The position numbers and the translations under genes are program-made. From the IMG/VR virus record IMGVR_UViG_3300032323_004296: a DNA stretch of 64,000 nucleotides; one strand, written 5' to 3'. Positions within the stretch are counted from its first letter, which is position 1. The number at the start of each line of letters is the position of its first letter. The notes under the pieces were generated by a model. That model did not search any database, was not told the DNA's origin, and saw only the letters and a list, made by a program, of their open reading frames with translations. Positions 35,998 to 44,788 of this stretch are shown here, one piece after another. The stretch comes from a virus (lineage: Duplodnaviria; Heunggongvirae; Uroviricota; Caudoviricetes).

Positions 35998-36570
35998 GTG
36001 AAATATATTATAACAGAAGAACAATATAGTATTTTAAAAGAACAAAATCTTATCAACCGTTATTTGGATAGTAGAGGGGGGATAATTAGGATGTCGAAAT
36101 TAATTGCCGACCAATACTTCAAGTTGATTCATTTTGTTGATGTAACGAAACCCCAAATAGAAGAAATGGGTGAAAAAATATATCCCGCAAATGAAATGGT
36201 ATCCAAAAACCCAAAGTTGAAAGGTACACCTGAATATAGAGAATTAAAAGATAAAGAGGACGCCTATGACCACCAGCTCGCGAGTGCGATTGCATCTTCA
36301 ATCTTCGGACCAGAATTTTCAGAACTATTGGGAAAGGCGAATGAAATAAAAGGTGGGCTTAGAATGTTCTTAAAAGGGTCTCCATCAAAAGGGATTGATA
36401 AATTTGAACAATTTACATCAGGTTGGGAAGAAGACAATGCAAACAATCAAATTGGTATTGAGTTGGGGAAGAAGTATCCGAACAAAAATATACAGTTTTT
36501 TTCAGATTTGGTTGTGAAAAATATAGAAAACAAAAATTACTACGATTCTACGGGAAAAAAGAAAAAGTAA
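35998..36570 (+). CDS. leader family B protein (MKYIITEEQYSILKEQNL)
   Basis: Leader motif. Confidence 0.55.
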   Translation: MKYIITEEQYSILKEQNLINRYLDSRGGIIRMSKLIADQYFKLIHFVDVTKPQIEEMGEKIYPANEMVSKNPKLKGTPEYRELKDKEDAYDHQLASAIASSIFGPEFSELLGKANEIKGGLRMFLKGSPSKGIDKFEQFTSGWEEDNANNQIGIELGKKYPNKNIQFFSDLVVKNIENKNYYDSTGKKKK

Positions 36571-36624
36571 TTCTTTTTTTGGAAAAGTTTTAGAAATGTC
36601 TATCTTTGTAAAAAAGATATAGAC

Positions 36625-36798
36625 ATGAGAAATTATTATGAATATTGGTATAAAAAATTTTTGAAAGATGGTTTAAAGGCCATAAAGATTGTAATTGGTT
36701 TGGGACTCGCTGTTTCTTTGGGTTATTCTGTAAACCTTCCTGTTGGAATTTTGTTTTTTGGTTGGGTATTGATTGAATCTTTAATTGAGAAAAATTAA
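36625..36798 (+). CDS. small membrane protein (57 aa, below ORF-track cutoff)
   Basis: ATG at 36625 with TATCTTTG at 36601-36608. Hydrophobic core VIGLGLAVSLGYSVNLPVGILFFGWVLI. Confidence 0.35.
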   Translation: MRNYYEYWYKKFLKDGLKAIKIVIGLGLAVSLGYSVNLPVGILFFGWVLIESLIEKN

Positions 36799-36803
36799 AA
36801 CAT

Positions 36804-36977
36804 ATGAAAAAGTTTAGTATTAGTGAGTTATTGATATTGATTGTATGTGTCGTTTGTATCTTTGTTAGTGAATATATCTACATTGTACAGGGTAACCCAA
36901 CAAAAGCGATTTTTATTGGTTTGTGGCCTCCAACTATATTGGGTTTGTTGAATTTTGTTAACATAAAAAGAAAATAG
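36804..36977 (+). CDS. small membrane protein (57 aa, below cutoff)
   Basis: MKKFSISELLILIVCVVCIFV... Two hydrophobic segments. Confidence 0.35.
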   Translation: MKKFSISELLILIVCVVCIFVSEYIYIVQGNPTKAIFIGLWPPTILGLLNFVNIKRK

Positions 36978-36979
36978 TA

Positions 36980-37330
36980 ATGCAGAATTTGGATATTATA
37001 GTTTTGACAAGCATTCTGTCAACACTTTTTGTTGTCTTCGGTGTTTTGGTATATAAGGAACTAACAAATCTTGATGAGGATGATTATAAGACTTCTAAAG
37101 CAGGAGGACCAAGAGTTCATTTGTTGAAATTGATGGAAAAGGTGTTTGATAATCGTTCCATTCCCGTTGAAGAAAAGAAAATGATTTATAAAGCTGTGAA
37201 ACGAACTATATCTGATATGGAATCTGATGGAATGTATTTTCCTGATGATGTTAAGGAGAAGTTAAAAGAATATAGGGACGAGTTGTTATGTGAGTATAGT
37301 GGTTTACCTTCTCCAAAATCTTATGAATAA
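36980..37330 (+). CDS. membrane-anchored hypothetical protein
   Basis: N-terminal TM LDIIVLTSILSTLFVVFGVLVY. Confidence 0.5.
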   Translation: MQNLDIIVLTSILSTLFVVFGVLVYKELTNLDEDDYKTSKAGGPRVHLLKLMEKVFDNRSIPVEEKKMIYKAVKRTISDMESDGMYFPDDVKEKLKEYRDELLCEYSGLPSPKSYE

Positions 37331-37336
37331 TATTTT

Positions 37337-37447
37337 ATGACATTATTAGTTGTTCTTTTATGCTCCGTTGTATTGTCTGTCGGGGCTATGTATTTGGGTT
37401 ATAAGTATGTTTTCATCAAAGAGGATGATGAACCATTTTTCTTTTAA
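37337..37447 (+). CDS. small membrane peptide (36 aa)
   Basis: MTLLVVLLCSVVLSVGAMYLGYKYVFIKEDDEPFFF. Confidence 0.3.
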   Translation: MTLLVVLLCSVVLSVGAMYLGYKYVFIKEDDEPFFF

Positions 37448-37466
37448 GATGGGGTATTTATTGTTA

Positions 37467-37841
37467 ATGAAATACATTATATCTGAAGAACAATACCAAA
37501 AGGTGATTTGGCAAGACCAATCTTCCGACACGTCTATCGAAGAAATTCGTGGAATGAAGGAATATATCGAAAGTTTTTTACCAAAAATTTTGAAATATTT
37601 TAAGTCTAAGTATAAGAACGATTTGGTTAAAATTGACGTAGAAACAAAAAATGTACTTTTTGGTTATGAAGATTTTGTCATGGAAATACCATTAATCACC
37701 TTTTATTTTTCCGAGTCCGTAATAAACAGGACTGAAGAAATCTTCAATGATTTAAAAAATATTTTTGATATAAACATGAAAAGTTATGGTGTCCCTTTGA
37801 GTATTAGGATATACGAACAAACATGGAAACGTGTTTATTGA
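37467..37841 (+). CDS. leader family B protein (MKYIISEEQYQKVIWQ)
   Basis: Start moved to the internal ATG. Confidence 0.55.
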   Translation: MKYIISEEQYQKVIWQDQSSDTSIEEIRGMKEYIESFLPKILKYFKSKYKNDLVKIDVETKNVLFGYEDFVMEIPLITFYFSESVINRTEEIFNDLKNIFDINMKSYGVPLSIRIYEQTWKRVY

Positions 37842-37855
37842 TAAAATCAAACACC

Positions 37856-38197
37856 ATGAAATACATTATTTCCGAATCTCAGTACAAAACATTGTTGGAA
37901 CAAAATGTTCCGAATTCAATCAAAAGAAGAGCCAATAAAAAAACATTGGATAAGTATATCTCGTTATCGAAAAGAAATAACCCACCTTATTGTCAGGAAC
38001 ACGAAGATGGGTACGATTATGCTGATGAAGTGATATACTATGCCATTGATTATTTTTTTACTGAAGTTGGTCCTCAAGTAGAATATATAGATGATTATAC
38101 TGATATTATGAATTATCTTAGAAACATGTGTAGAGAATTGTTTGGTGAATCTTTGGTCTATCATTATGAAAATAATTGTATTCCTGATGAAAGTTAA
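37856..38197 (+). CDS. leader family B protein (MKYIISESQYKTLLEQNV); body paralogous to 19719..20195
   Basis: Body VPNSIKRRANKKTLDKYI...YADEVIYYAIDYF...MNYLRNMCRELFGE aligns with the family-C-led 19719..20195. Confidence 0.6.
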   Translation: MKYIISESQYKTLLEQNVPNSIKRRANKKTLDKYISLSKRNNPPYCQEHEDGYDYADEVIYYAIDYFFTEVGPQVEYIDDYTDIMNYLRNMCRELFGESLVYHYENNCIPDES

Positions 38198-38218
38198 TTT
38201 ATATAATAAAAACTTCGA

Positions 38219-38503
38219 ATGAACTACGAAATAAGTGAAAATAGGTTAAAATATTTGATAATGACGATAATCCGAAATCTCGATATTTACGGATTATATC
38301 GAGTTCAAATTAATTTACCGGTAGGTAAAAGTGGATATGTTGTAGCTCTTTTCATGGATAAGGTTATGATGAGTGAGAAACAACTTGATATTAAAAATGA
38401 AGTTGAAATTGCTTTGAAGAGTATTTTGAACTTTGATGGTATTGTAATCATCATACCTTTCAGTGAAGCAAAATATCATTTAAGGGAACCAAAAAATATT
38501 TAA
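38219..38503 (+). CDS. hypothetical protein
   Basis: 94 aa. Confidence 0.45.
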   Translation: MNYEISENRLKYLIMTIIRNLDIYGLYRVQINLPVGKSGYVVALFMDKVMMSEKQLDIKNEVEIALKSILNFDGIVIIIPFSEAKYHLREPKNI

Positions 38504-38506
38504 AGT

Positions 38507-38830
38507 ATGACTACTTTTCAACTATCGAAAGCTCTATCTATAGTATTCAACAACCTCGCAAATGATTGGATTAAAGAACATTTGGACCAAGAACCTTTTT
38601 TATTCAGAACTTTGGTCAGAAAACCAGGTCACGATGAAGAGGAATTAGGAGATTTTATTGTTGAAGTGTACACTGATAGATTTATACCAAGAACGATGAC
38701 TTACACCAAAGACGGTAAGAAGAAAAAAGTAACTCCTGAATTTTTGAGGAAAAAACTCATCGCACTTTCAAAATATATTGAACCCACAAAATCCATCGAA
38801 ATTAAATTGATGGACATAGATTACAAGTAA
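38507..38830 (+). CDS. hypothetical protein
   Basis: 107 aa. Confidence 0.45.
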   Translation: MTTFQLSKALSIVFNNLANDWIKEHLDQEPFLFRTLVRKPGHDEEELGDFIVEVYTDRFIPRTMTYTKDGKKKKVTPEFLRKKLIALSKYIEPTKSIEIKLMDIDYK

Positions 38831-38866
38831 ATTTTTATCGCATTTTTTGTTATATTTGCTCTCATT

Positions 38867-39394
38867 ATGAGACGTAAAATTATTTTTATTGATATTGATG
38901 GACCATTAGCTTGGGGAACTTGGGGTGATGGGAGAATCGACATAGATTTAGGTAATAAATCTTTTAAGATTCCTTATCCATGGGTTAAAGAGGATTGTGA
39001 TGCACTCAAAACCATTCTAAACAAAACTAACGCAATGATGGTTTTGAGTTCAGATTGGAGAGGTCATTTTAGTATCAATCAAATGAGAGCAATTTTCGAA
39101 CACTACGGTATACATGGTCATAATTTGATAGACATTACAACTCATCAATCTCTTTGGAATAAGATGAGCAGACCTTCGATTGATTGGGAAAGAGCAACAC
39201 AGATTGTGAAGTGGGTGAGAGATAACAAAATTTCTAATTGGGTTGCAATTGACGACTTGAATTTGAAAGGACAATTCAAGTGGATGAAACCCCGTGTTCC
39301 AATGTGGAGACATGTCCAAGTGGATGGAGATTTTGGTCAGGGGGGTAGGCTTAGGGATAAAATTGATGAGTGTATTACCAAATTGAATAAGTAA
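38867..39394 (+). CDS. putative HAD-superfamily hydrolase
   Basis: Motif I FIDIDGPL (DxDG), motif II VLSSD, motif IV WVAIDDL. Confidence 0.5.
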   Translation: MRRKIIFIDIDGPLAWGTWGDGRIDIDLGNKSFKIPYPWVKEDCDALKTILNKTNAMMVLSSDWRGHFSINQMRAIFEHYGIHGHNLIDITTHQSLWNKMSRPSIDWERATQIVKWVRDNKISNWVAIDDLNLKGQFKWMKPRVPMWRHVQVDGDFGQGGRLRDKIDECITKLNK

Positions 39395-39424
39395 TTCAAT
39401 TACTTCATTCGAGTATTTATCAGT

Positions 39425-39736
39425 ATGTTTTCTTCTGAGTATACATGGGTGATGATTTTGGGTATATTTACCGCCCTTATGTTTATTATGGGTAGTACTT
39501 ACTTTGTTTACCAAATGTTTGCTAAAAGTACCAAAGAAATTTTAGTAAGGTTCATTTTAGTAATTTTTACTTCACTCGTTGCCCTTTATATTGTTGACAA
39601 AACAATTGCTTGGAAGGTTAATTTAATTAGTCCCGAACAAAATGAACAATTATTTGATTTAATTAGGACATTGGTACTTATGATTTTTTCTTATTATTTC
39701 GGAACCAAGGATTCAAAAAAAGAACAAGATGAATAA
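39425..39736 (+). CDS. membrane protein (3 TM)
   Basis: Hydrophobic segments. Preceded by GTATTTAT. Confidence 0.5.
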   Translation: MFSSEYTWVMILGIFTALMFIMGSTYFVYQMFAKSTKEILVRFILVIFTSLVALYIVDKTIAWKVNLISPEQNEQLFDLIRTLVLMIFSYYFGTKDSKKEQDE

Positions 39737-39995
39737 AGAAATAAAATATTTTAAAAAACAATTTGGAAAATACATCGAGAGTGTTATTTTACCCTCTTAT
39801 CCCCAAATTGTTGACTATAGAATAGAAGAATGGTTTCCTGATTCACAAAACTTGAATTTTGAATTTTATTTTTATTACGATTCATATCCTGATGTCCGTG
39901 TAGATAATTCAATAGAAGACTCCGTTCGTGAAATGATTAATTCATTTTCTATTGAAGAAATCGTATATGGAATTAACTTTAAAATAAAAGAATAA
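39729..39995 (+). CDS. hypothetical protein
   Basis: 88 aa. Confidence 0.45.
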   Translation: MNKEIKYFKKQFGKYIESVILPSYPQIVDYRIEEWFPDSQNLNFEFYFYYDSYPDVRVDNSIEDSVREMINSFSIEEIVYGINFKIKE

Positions 39996-40142
39996 CTTAT
40001 GGGAAGTGCCGCAAAAAAACCAAGACCAATGAAAAGTAGAAAAAGTGGTCTCAAAACAAAAAAAAGAATTGACAGTAATCATTTGGTAATTAAAAAACTT
40101 GAGTCTCGGAAAAATCAATAAACTAAATAAAAAATAAAAATC

Positions 40143-40928
40143 ATGAAAAGAAAATTATTCGTTTTAGTATTAGGATTAGCCGCTATCGTAAGTAGTTGTA
40201 CCGTTGTAAGACAAGGAGAAGTTGGTGTAAAAAGAACCATTGGTAAAATTCAGCAGAAACCGTTAATGGAAGGTGCCAGACTTTTCAACCCTTTTGTTAC
40301 CACAATTATTAAACTTCCAACAAGAACCGTAAACATGGAGGTAAGATTACCTCTACCTTCGAAAGAGGGTTTGACAGTTCAATCTGAAATTTCAATATTG
40401 TATAGATTAGATGGACAATCTGCACCAAGTGTAATTGAAAAACTTGGAACGAATTATGAGCAGGTGGTAATTCTACCTGTATTCCGTTCAGCAGCTGCTG
40501 ACATATCTTCACAATATTTCGCAAAAGATATGCATACAGGACAAAGAGCAGTAATCGAAAAGGATATAAAAAAGTTGATGGAATCACAACTGAAAGATAG
40601 AGGATTTACTATCGAATCAGTATTATTGAAGAGTATCGTTCTACCAACAGGTTTGGCCAAAGCAATTGAAGAAAAATTAGAGGCCGAACAAGATGCACAA
40701 AGAATGGAATTTACACTAAATAAAGAACGCCAAGAGGCTACAAGAAGAATTATAGAAGCTGAAGGTATTCGAAATTCACAAAAAATAATTTCTGAGGGAT
40801 TGACACCGATGTTGTTACAGTTTAAAAGTATAGAGGCTTTCTTGAAACTTTCAACATCACCAAATTCAAAGGTTATTATAACAAGTGGTAGTCAACCATT
40901 TGTAATTAATCCAGATAATCAAAAATAA
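40143..40928 (+). CDS. SPFH/band-7 (prohibitin/HflKC-like) lipoprotein
   Basis: Lipobox signal MKRKLFVLVLGLAAIVSSC. The SPFH core VGVKRTIGKIQQKPLMEGARLFNPF... is followed by a coiled-coil region. Confidence 0.8.
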   Translation: MKRKLFVLVLGLAAIVSSCTVVRQGEVGVKRTIGKIQQKPLMEGARLFNPFVTTIIKLPTRTVNMEVRLPLPSKEGLTVQSEISILYRLDGQSAPSVIEKLGTNYEQVVILPVFRSAAADISSQYFAKDMHTGQRAVIEKDIKKLMESQLKDRGFTIESVLLKSIVLPTGLAKAIEEKLEAEQDAQRMEFTLNKERQEATRRIIEAEGIRNSQKIISEGLTPMLLQFKSIEAFLKLSTSPNSKVIITSGSQPFVINPDNQK

Positions 40929-40931
40929 TTT

Positions 40932-41801
40932 ATGAAAAAGTTAATTTTCCTATTATTTTTTCCAATTTTAGTTTTTTCTCAGTCTGAAAGAGCACAAAAA
41001 GCTGAAGTAAGAAGTTTCGGAACCTATGGTCCATCAACTTCTTCACAATTCAGAACAGAATCTTTTAATAGACCATCAACTAACGAGTTCCAACAGAAAC
41101 AAAGTGCAAGAAACCGACGTTCTGAGTATTATGCCCCTCAAAACAACCGACCAGGTAGATACTTTGGTTACGACCCATGGATGGATTGGGGTTGGGGATT
41201 CAATAGGTGGTCTCCTATGTGGGGATGGAATACTTTTACACCTTTTTTTTGGTATGATAGTTGGGGATATAGGAATCCAGGAAGGGTATACATGTACGAT
41301 GACGGAAAAAGAGATACAATCCGATTGAAACCAGTTCATGGTTCAATCGGATTGTCCTATAATTTAAATTCTGAGTTTGGTGTTTGGGGAACTTTGGGTC
41401 GTGAAATATATGTAATCGCAGAGTTCTCTAAAAATAACCCAAGAGATATATCAGTTTTTTATCCACAACTAACTTTAGACAAAGTTATCCCTTGGGAAGA
41501 CAGAAAACTTTCTAATTATCAACAACAATCTACTTTTTCGATTGGTTTGGGAAAAAAATTAAATAAATTTGCAGGCGTTCACATGATGGTAGGGTTCGGA
41601 AGAGAAAAAAACAACTTTAGATATTTCGATGAATTATTTATATTGTCCAATAATGGAGAATATAGTTTTCCTAACTTTAGAACCAACATAACAACGTTCA
41701 AAATTGGTACACTTTTGAATTTGTCAAATAAATTCAATTCCAAAATAGATTACGACTTAGGTGTACGTCACATATCTTGGGGTTTGGGTGTAAAACTTTA
41801 A
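40932..41801 (+). CDS. secreted Trp/aromatic-rich protein (possible outer-membrane beta-barrel)
   Basis: Signal peptide MKKLIFLLFFPILVFSQ. C-terminal half has alternating hydrophobic residues typical of beta strands. Confidence 0.55.
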   Translation: MKKLIFLLFFPILVFSQSERAQKAEVRSFGTYGPSTSSQFRTESFNRPSTNEFQQKQSARNRRSEYYAPQNNRPGRYFGYDPWMDWGWGFNRWSPMWGWNTFTPFFWYDSWGYRNPGRVYMYDDGKRDTIRLKPVHGSIGLSYNLNSEFGVWGTLGREIYVIAEFSKNNPRDISVFYPQLTLDKVIPWEDRKLSNYQQQSTFSIGLGKKLNKFAGVHMMVGFGREKNNFRYFDELFILSNNGEYSFPNFRTNITTFKIGTLLNLSNKFNSKIDYDLGVRHISWGLGVKL

Positions 41802-41811
41802 AAAAAAACAT

Positions 41812-42006
41812 ATGAATCTTACAAATCAACAGAAAGCAGCCCTCTACGATGAGGGTATTAGGAGATATAATTTAGTGGATGAAGAAATTAGACAAATAAA
41901 GGCAAAAAATTTTGAAGTTTCTGATTCTGATAGACAAATTATAGAAAGATTGGAAAGAAAAAAGAAAGAAATTTTTAACAAAACACAAACATTACACGCA
42001 AAATAG
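41812..42006 (+). CDS. hypothetical protein
   Basis: 64 aa. Confidence 0.4.
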   Translation: MNLTNQQKAALYDEGIRRYNLVDEEIRQIKAKNFEVSDSDRQIIERLERKKKEIFNKTQTLHAK

Positions 42007-42014
42007 AATTTTAT

Positions 42015-42263
42015 ATGTTCAATAATTTAACTGTAGGTAAAGTTTACGAAATAAGTGAAATTTCTTCAGGAACTCCCTGTTTAAATTGTAATTCTTGTAT
42101 AAGAATGAGACTGATGGAAATGGGATTAACTGAAGGTGAGAAAATTCGTGTCGAAGGTAAATCACACGGGTTGTACAGATTGAGTATTTTATCTAAAAAA
42201 GAGAATTTATTTACAACTTTAGCTCTGAGAGAAGAAGAAATGGAAAGAATTTGTGTTTTGTAA
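42015..42263 (+). CDS. FeoA-like domain protein
   Basis: GKVYEISEI...RLMEMGLTEGEKIRVEGKSHGLYRL matches the FeoA/SH3-like pattern (RL.ELGL.PG..I.V). Confidence 0.55.
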   Translation: MFNNLTVGKVYEISEISSGTPCLNCNSCIRMRLMEMGLTEGEKIRVEGKSHGLYRLSILSKKENLFTTLALREEEMERICVL

Positions 42264-42293
42264 AAAAAATTCATACCTTTACAAAAAAAAGAT

Positions 42294-42725
42294 ATGACTA
42301 AAGTAAAAATCTCAACAGAACAAGGGGATATGATTGCAGAATTGTATGATGATGCGACTCCCAAAACAGTAAAAAACTTTGTAGACCTGATTCAAAAAGG
42401 GTTTTATAATGGACTAAACTTCCATAGAGTAATTCCGAACTTTGTTATTCAAGGGGGTTGTCCAAATGGAATTGGTAATGGTGGTCCTGGTTATACAATC
42501 GAATGTGAGGTAAACTCTCCTCAACAATATCACGACAGAGGTGTATTATCCATGGCTCACGCAGGCAGAAATACAGGTGGTTCTCAGTTTTTTATCTGTC
42601 ACGGTAGGACAAATACACAACATCTTGATGGAAACCATACTTGTTTCGGTAAAGTTGTTGAAGGGCTTGATGTTATCGACAAAATTTCGCAGGGTAACAA
42701 AATTAATTCTATCGCAATCATTTAA
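42294..42725 (+). CDS. cyclophilin-type peptidyl-prolyl cis-trans isomerase
   Basis: KTVKNFVDL...FHRVIPNFVIQGGCPNGIGNGGPGYTIECE...GVLSMAHAGRNTGGSQFFICH...HLDGNHTCFGKVVEGLDVIDKI are canonical cyclophilin motifs. Confidence 0.9.
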   Translation: MTKVKISTEQGDMIAELYDDATPKTVKNFVDLIQKGFYNGLNFHRVIPNFVIQGGCPNGIGNGGPGYTIECEVNSPQQYHDRGVLSMAHAGRNTGGSQFFICHGRTNTQHLDGNHTCFGKVVEGLDVIDKISQGNKINSIAII

Positions 42726-42734
42726 TTTCTAAAA

Positions 42735-43268
42735 ATGAAAAATAATAAACTTTTAATTTTAGTGGGATTAGTTATTTTGGGTTTGGGTTTTTTTATTATC
42801 TATGATTCACAAACAAAAGAAGAACCTTCTTTCAAACCTGTAGAATTAAAACAACAAAATTCCGTAATCAATGGTTCTCTTCCTTCTTACTATGATACAA
42901 TAGTAAAGGTTGGTTTAGAATTGACGGGTATTGAAGGTGTTACCGTAACTATTGAAGAACTTCCTGAAGAGGTTAAAAAAACCTTTGATGGTGAATTGAA
43001 TGCCCATGTCAGATACTTGGATGGTCGTTTCTACTTGTTTATTGACCCTCTAAATAAAAGAAAGGCTATTACTGTCATCTCACACGAAATTGTTCACATG
43101 AAACAATATTTGGATGGAACATTTAAATATGATGATGGTAAGATAACTTGGAATGGTCAGCCCTATTTATTAGAAGATATTACCTATGATGATAGACCTT
43201 GGGAAACCGAAGCATTTCAAATAGAAGGTCAATTGGCTTCTCAAATATCTGAAGTAGTATATCAATAA
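42735..43268 (+). CDS. membrane-anchored HExxH metallopeptidase-like protein (HEIVH...PWETEA)
   Basis: N-terminal TM followed by ISHEIVHMKQ and a downstream ETEA. Confidence 0.55.
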   Translation: MKNNKLLILVGLVILGLGFFIIYDSQTKEEPSFKPVELKQQNSVINGSLPSYYDTIVKVGLELTGIEGVTVTIEELPEEVKKTFDGELNAHVRYLDGRFYLFIDPLNKRKAITVISHEIVHMKQYLDGTFKYDDGKITWNGQPYLLEDITYDDRPWETEAFQIEGQLASQISEVVYQ

Positions 43269-43285
43269 AACCAAAAACAAAAAAA

Positions 43286-43756
43286 ATGCCTACGTCTATT
43301 TTAGTTTTAGTCGGTTTGGGAATTTTGTTCGGAGCTCTTGCTTTTTTTACTCTCAAAAAAGATAAAAAAGTTGTATCCCCTACTTATGAAGAAATTCCGA
43401 CACCACGTTTGAGCTTTGACCCTTCTATTAAAGAACCTGAACCAACTCCTGTTCCTCAAGAACCTGAAGTTGTTTCAGTTCCTCCTGTTGTTGACCCAAT
43501 CCACCAACTATGTTGGGGACATCGTGTCAGTGTTTCTAACGGTATTGAAACAATCTGTCAGAGTCAAGAAGAGATTACTGTTTATACTTGTGTTGAATCT
43601 TTATTTGAATCAACCCAATTATTTATGAGTGAAGAAGCTTGTAAATTTGACAGACCAAATTGGTCTGAGCAGTATAATCACGTAAAATCCTCAGGAAAGT
43701 ATTGTTCTGTGGATACTGAAGGACGAGTCCTTGGTTTCCTTGATTGTATCGAGTAA
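43286..43756 (+). CDS. membrane-anchored Pro-rich protein with Cys-rich C-terminal domain
   Basis: TM ILVLVGLGILFGALAFF followed by a PxP-rich linker. Confidence 0.5.
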   Translation: MPTSILVLVGLGILFGALAFFTLKKDKKVVSPTYEEIPTPRLSFDPSIKEPEPTPVPQEPEVVSVPPVVDPIHQLCWGHRVSVSNGIETICQSQEEITVYTCVESLFESTQLFMSEEACKFDRPNWSEQYNHVKSSGKYCSVDTEGRVLGFLDCIE

Positions 43757-43798
43757 AAAAAATCCCACAAATTGTGGGATTTTTTGTATCTTTGTATT

Positions 43799-44098
43799 AT
43801 GAACTACGAAAAAATGAAATTATCTGAGTTGAAAGTCTTGGCAGACCTTCATGAAATTCCTACAAACCTTACTAAAGACCAAATTATTAAAAACTTAAAA
43901 CTCGTGGAACAAGATAAGTACATCAAACCAACCACTTGTGAAAAATATGATAAGGATTCTTATTTGGTTGGAGTTGATTTGAAAAACCAACAAAAATTGG
44001 TGTCCTGTGGTAAATTTATTGAAAATGGTGAAATGAAAAAGTCTATGATGTATAGTTCAGACAGAGTATACTTCATTTCTTCATTCAGAATGATGTAA
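43799..44098 (+). CDS. hypothetical protein with SAP/Rho-N-like motif
   Basis: MKLSELKVLADLHEIPTNLTKDQIIKNL resembles the SAP helix-extension-helix motif. TATCTTTG at 43787-43794. Confidence 0.4.
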   Translation: MNYEKMKLSELKVLADLHEIPTNLTKDQIIKNLKLVEQDKYIKPTTCEKYDKDSYLVGVDLKNQQKLVSCGKFIENGEMKKSMMYSSDRVYFISSFRMM

Positions 44099-44762
44099 AC
44101 AAAGAACTAAAGTTATTTCCTACTTTTTTATTAAACTGTTCTAAGGTCACTTTTTCATCTTCTAATCCATTAGGTTTATCTTTTGTATTTTTAAAGATAT
44201 AATATTCGTATTTGTTCTGTGATTTGATGTAAATAACTTTCCAGCAAAGTTCAGGAACTGATACTTGACCGATTTTTTTCATTTCTCCTACGTTTCCGCA
44301 CCATACTCTTACAGAATCAAATTTTTTGGACAATTCTCTTGTCTCCATTTCCAATTTTTTCCAATCTCCAGCATTTAATGAATGATATTGTGGGGACATA
44401 TTAGTAAAATAGAAACTTTCGTTCAAAACATCTTTGCCTGAACATTGATTATCCGCAGCAGGACTCATATGTCCTCTATCAAAACCACTTTTGGTGTAAG
44501 AATCTTGTAAATTAGTTTGTTCCTTCAATGAAGGGTCAGGTAAAAATTTATCTGACCTTGGGATAGGGTTTGTACAAGTAACTTTTTGTTTTGTAACCCA
44601 CCACTCAACCAAAACAGGATATTTTTTACTTTTAGAAAATACTGTAGTATAATTTTTATGAATTAATCTCACAGTATCTTGAGAAAAAACGATTTTTCCG
44701 ATGAAACATAACAAAAAAAACAGAATAAACTTTTTCATGTATATAAATAGAGAAATAAACAA
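44085..44762 (-). CDS. secreted DNA/RNA non-specific endonuclease (Serratia nuclease family)
   Basis: Signal peptide and active-site motif FDRGHMSPAADN (DRGH). Confidence 0.8.
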   Translation of the reverse strand: MFISLFIYMKKFILFFLLCFIGKIVFSQDTVRLIHKNYTTVFSKSKKYPVLVEWWVTKQKVTCTNPIPRSDKFLPDPSLKEQTNLQDSYTKSGFDRGHMSPAADNQCSGKDVLNESFYFTNMSPQYHSLNAGDWKKLEMETRELSKKFDSVRVWCGNVGEMKKIGQVSVPELCWKVIYIKSQNKYEYYIFKNTKDKPNGLEDEKVTLEQFNKKVGNNFSSLFTSF

Positions 44763-44788
44763 TTACAAAAAACAAAATATTTAAAAGT

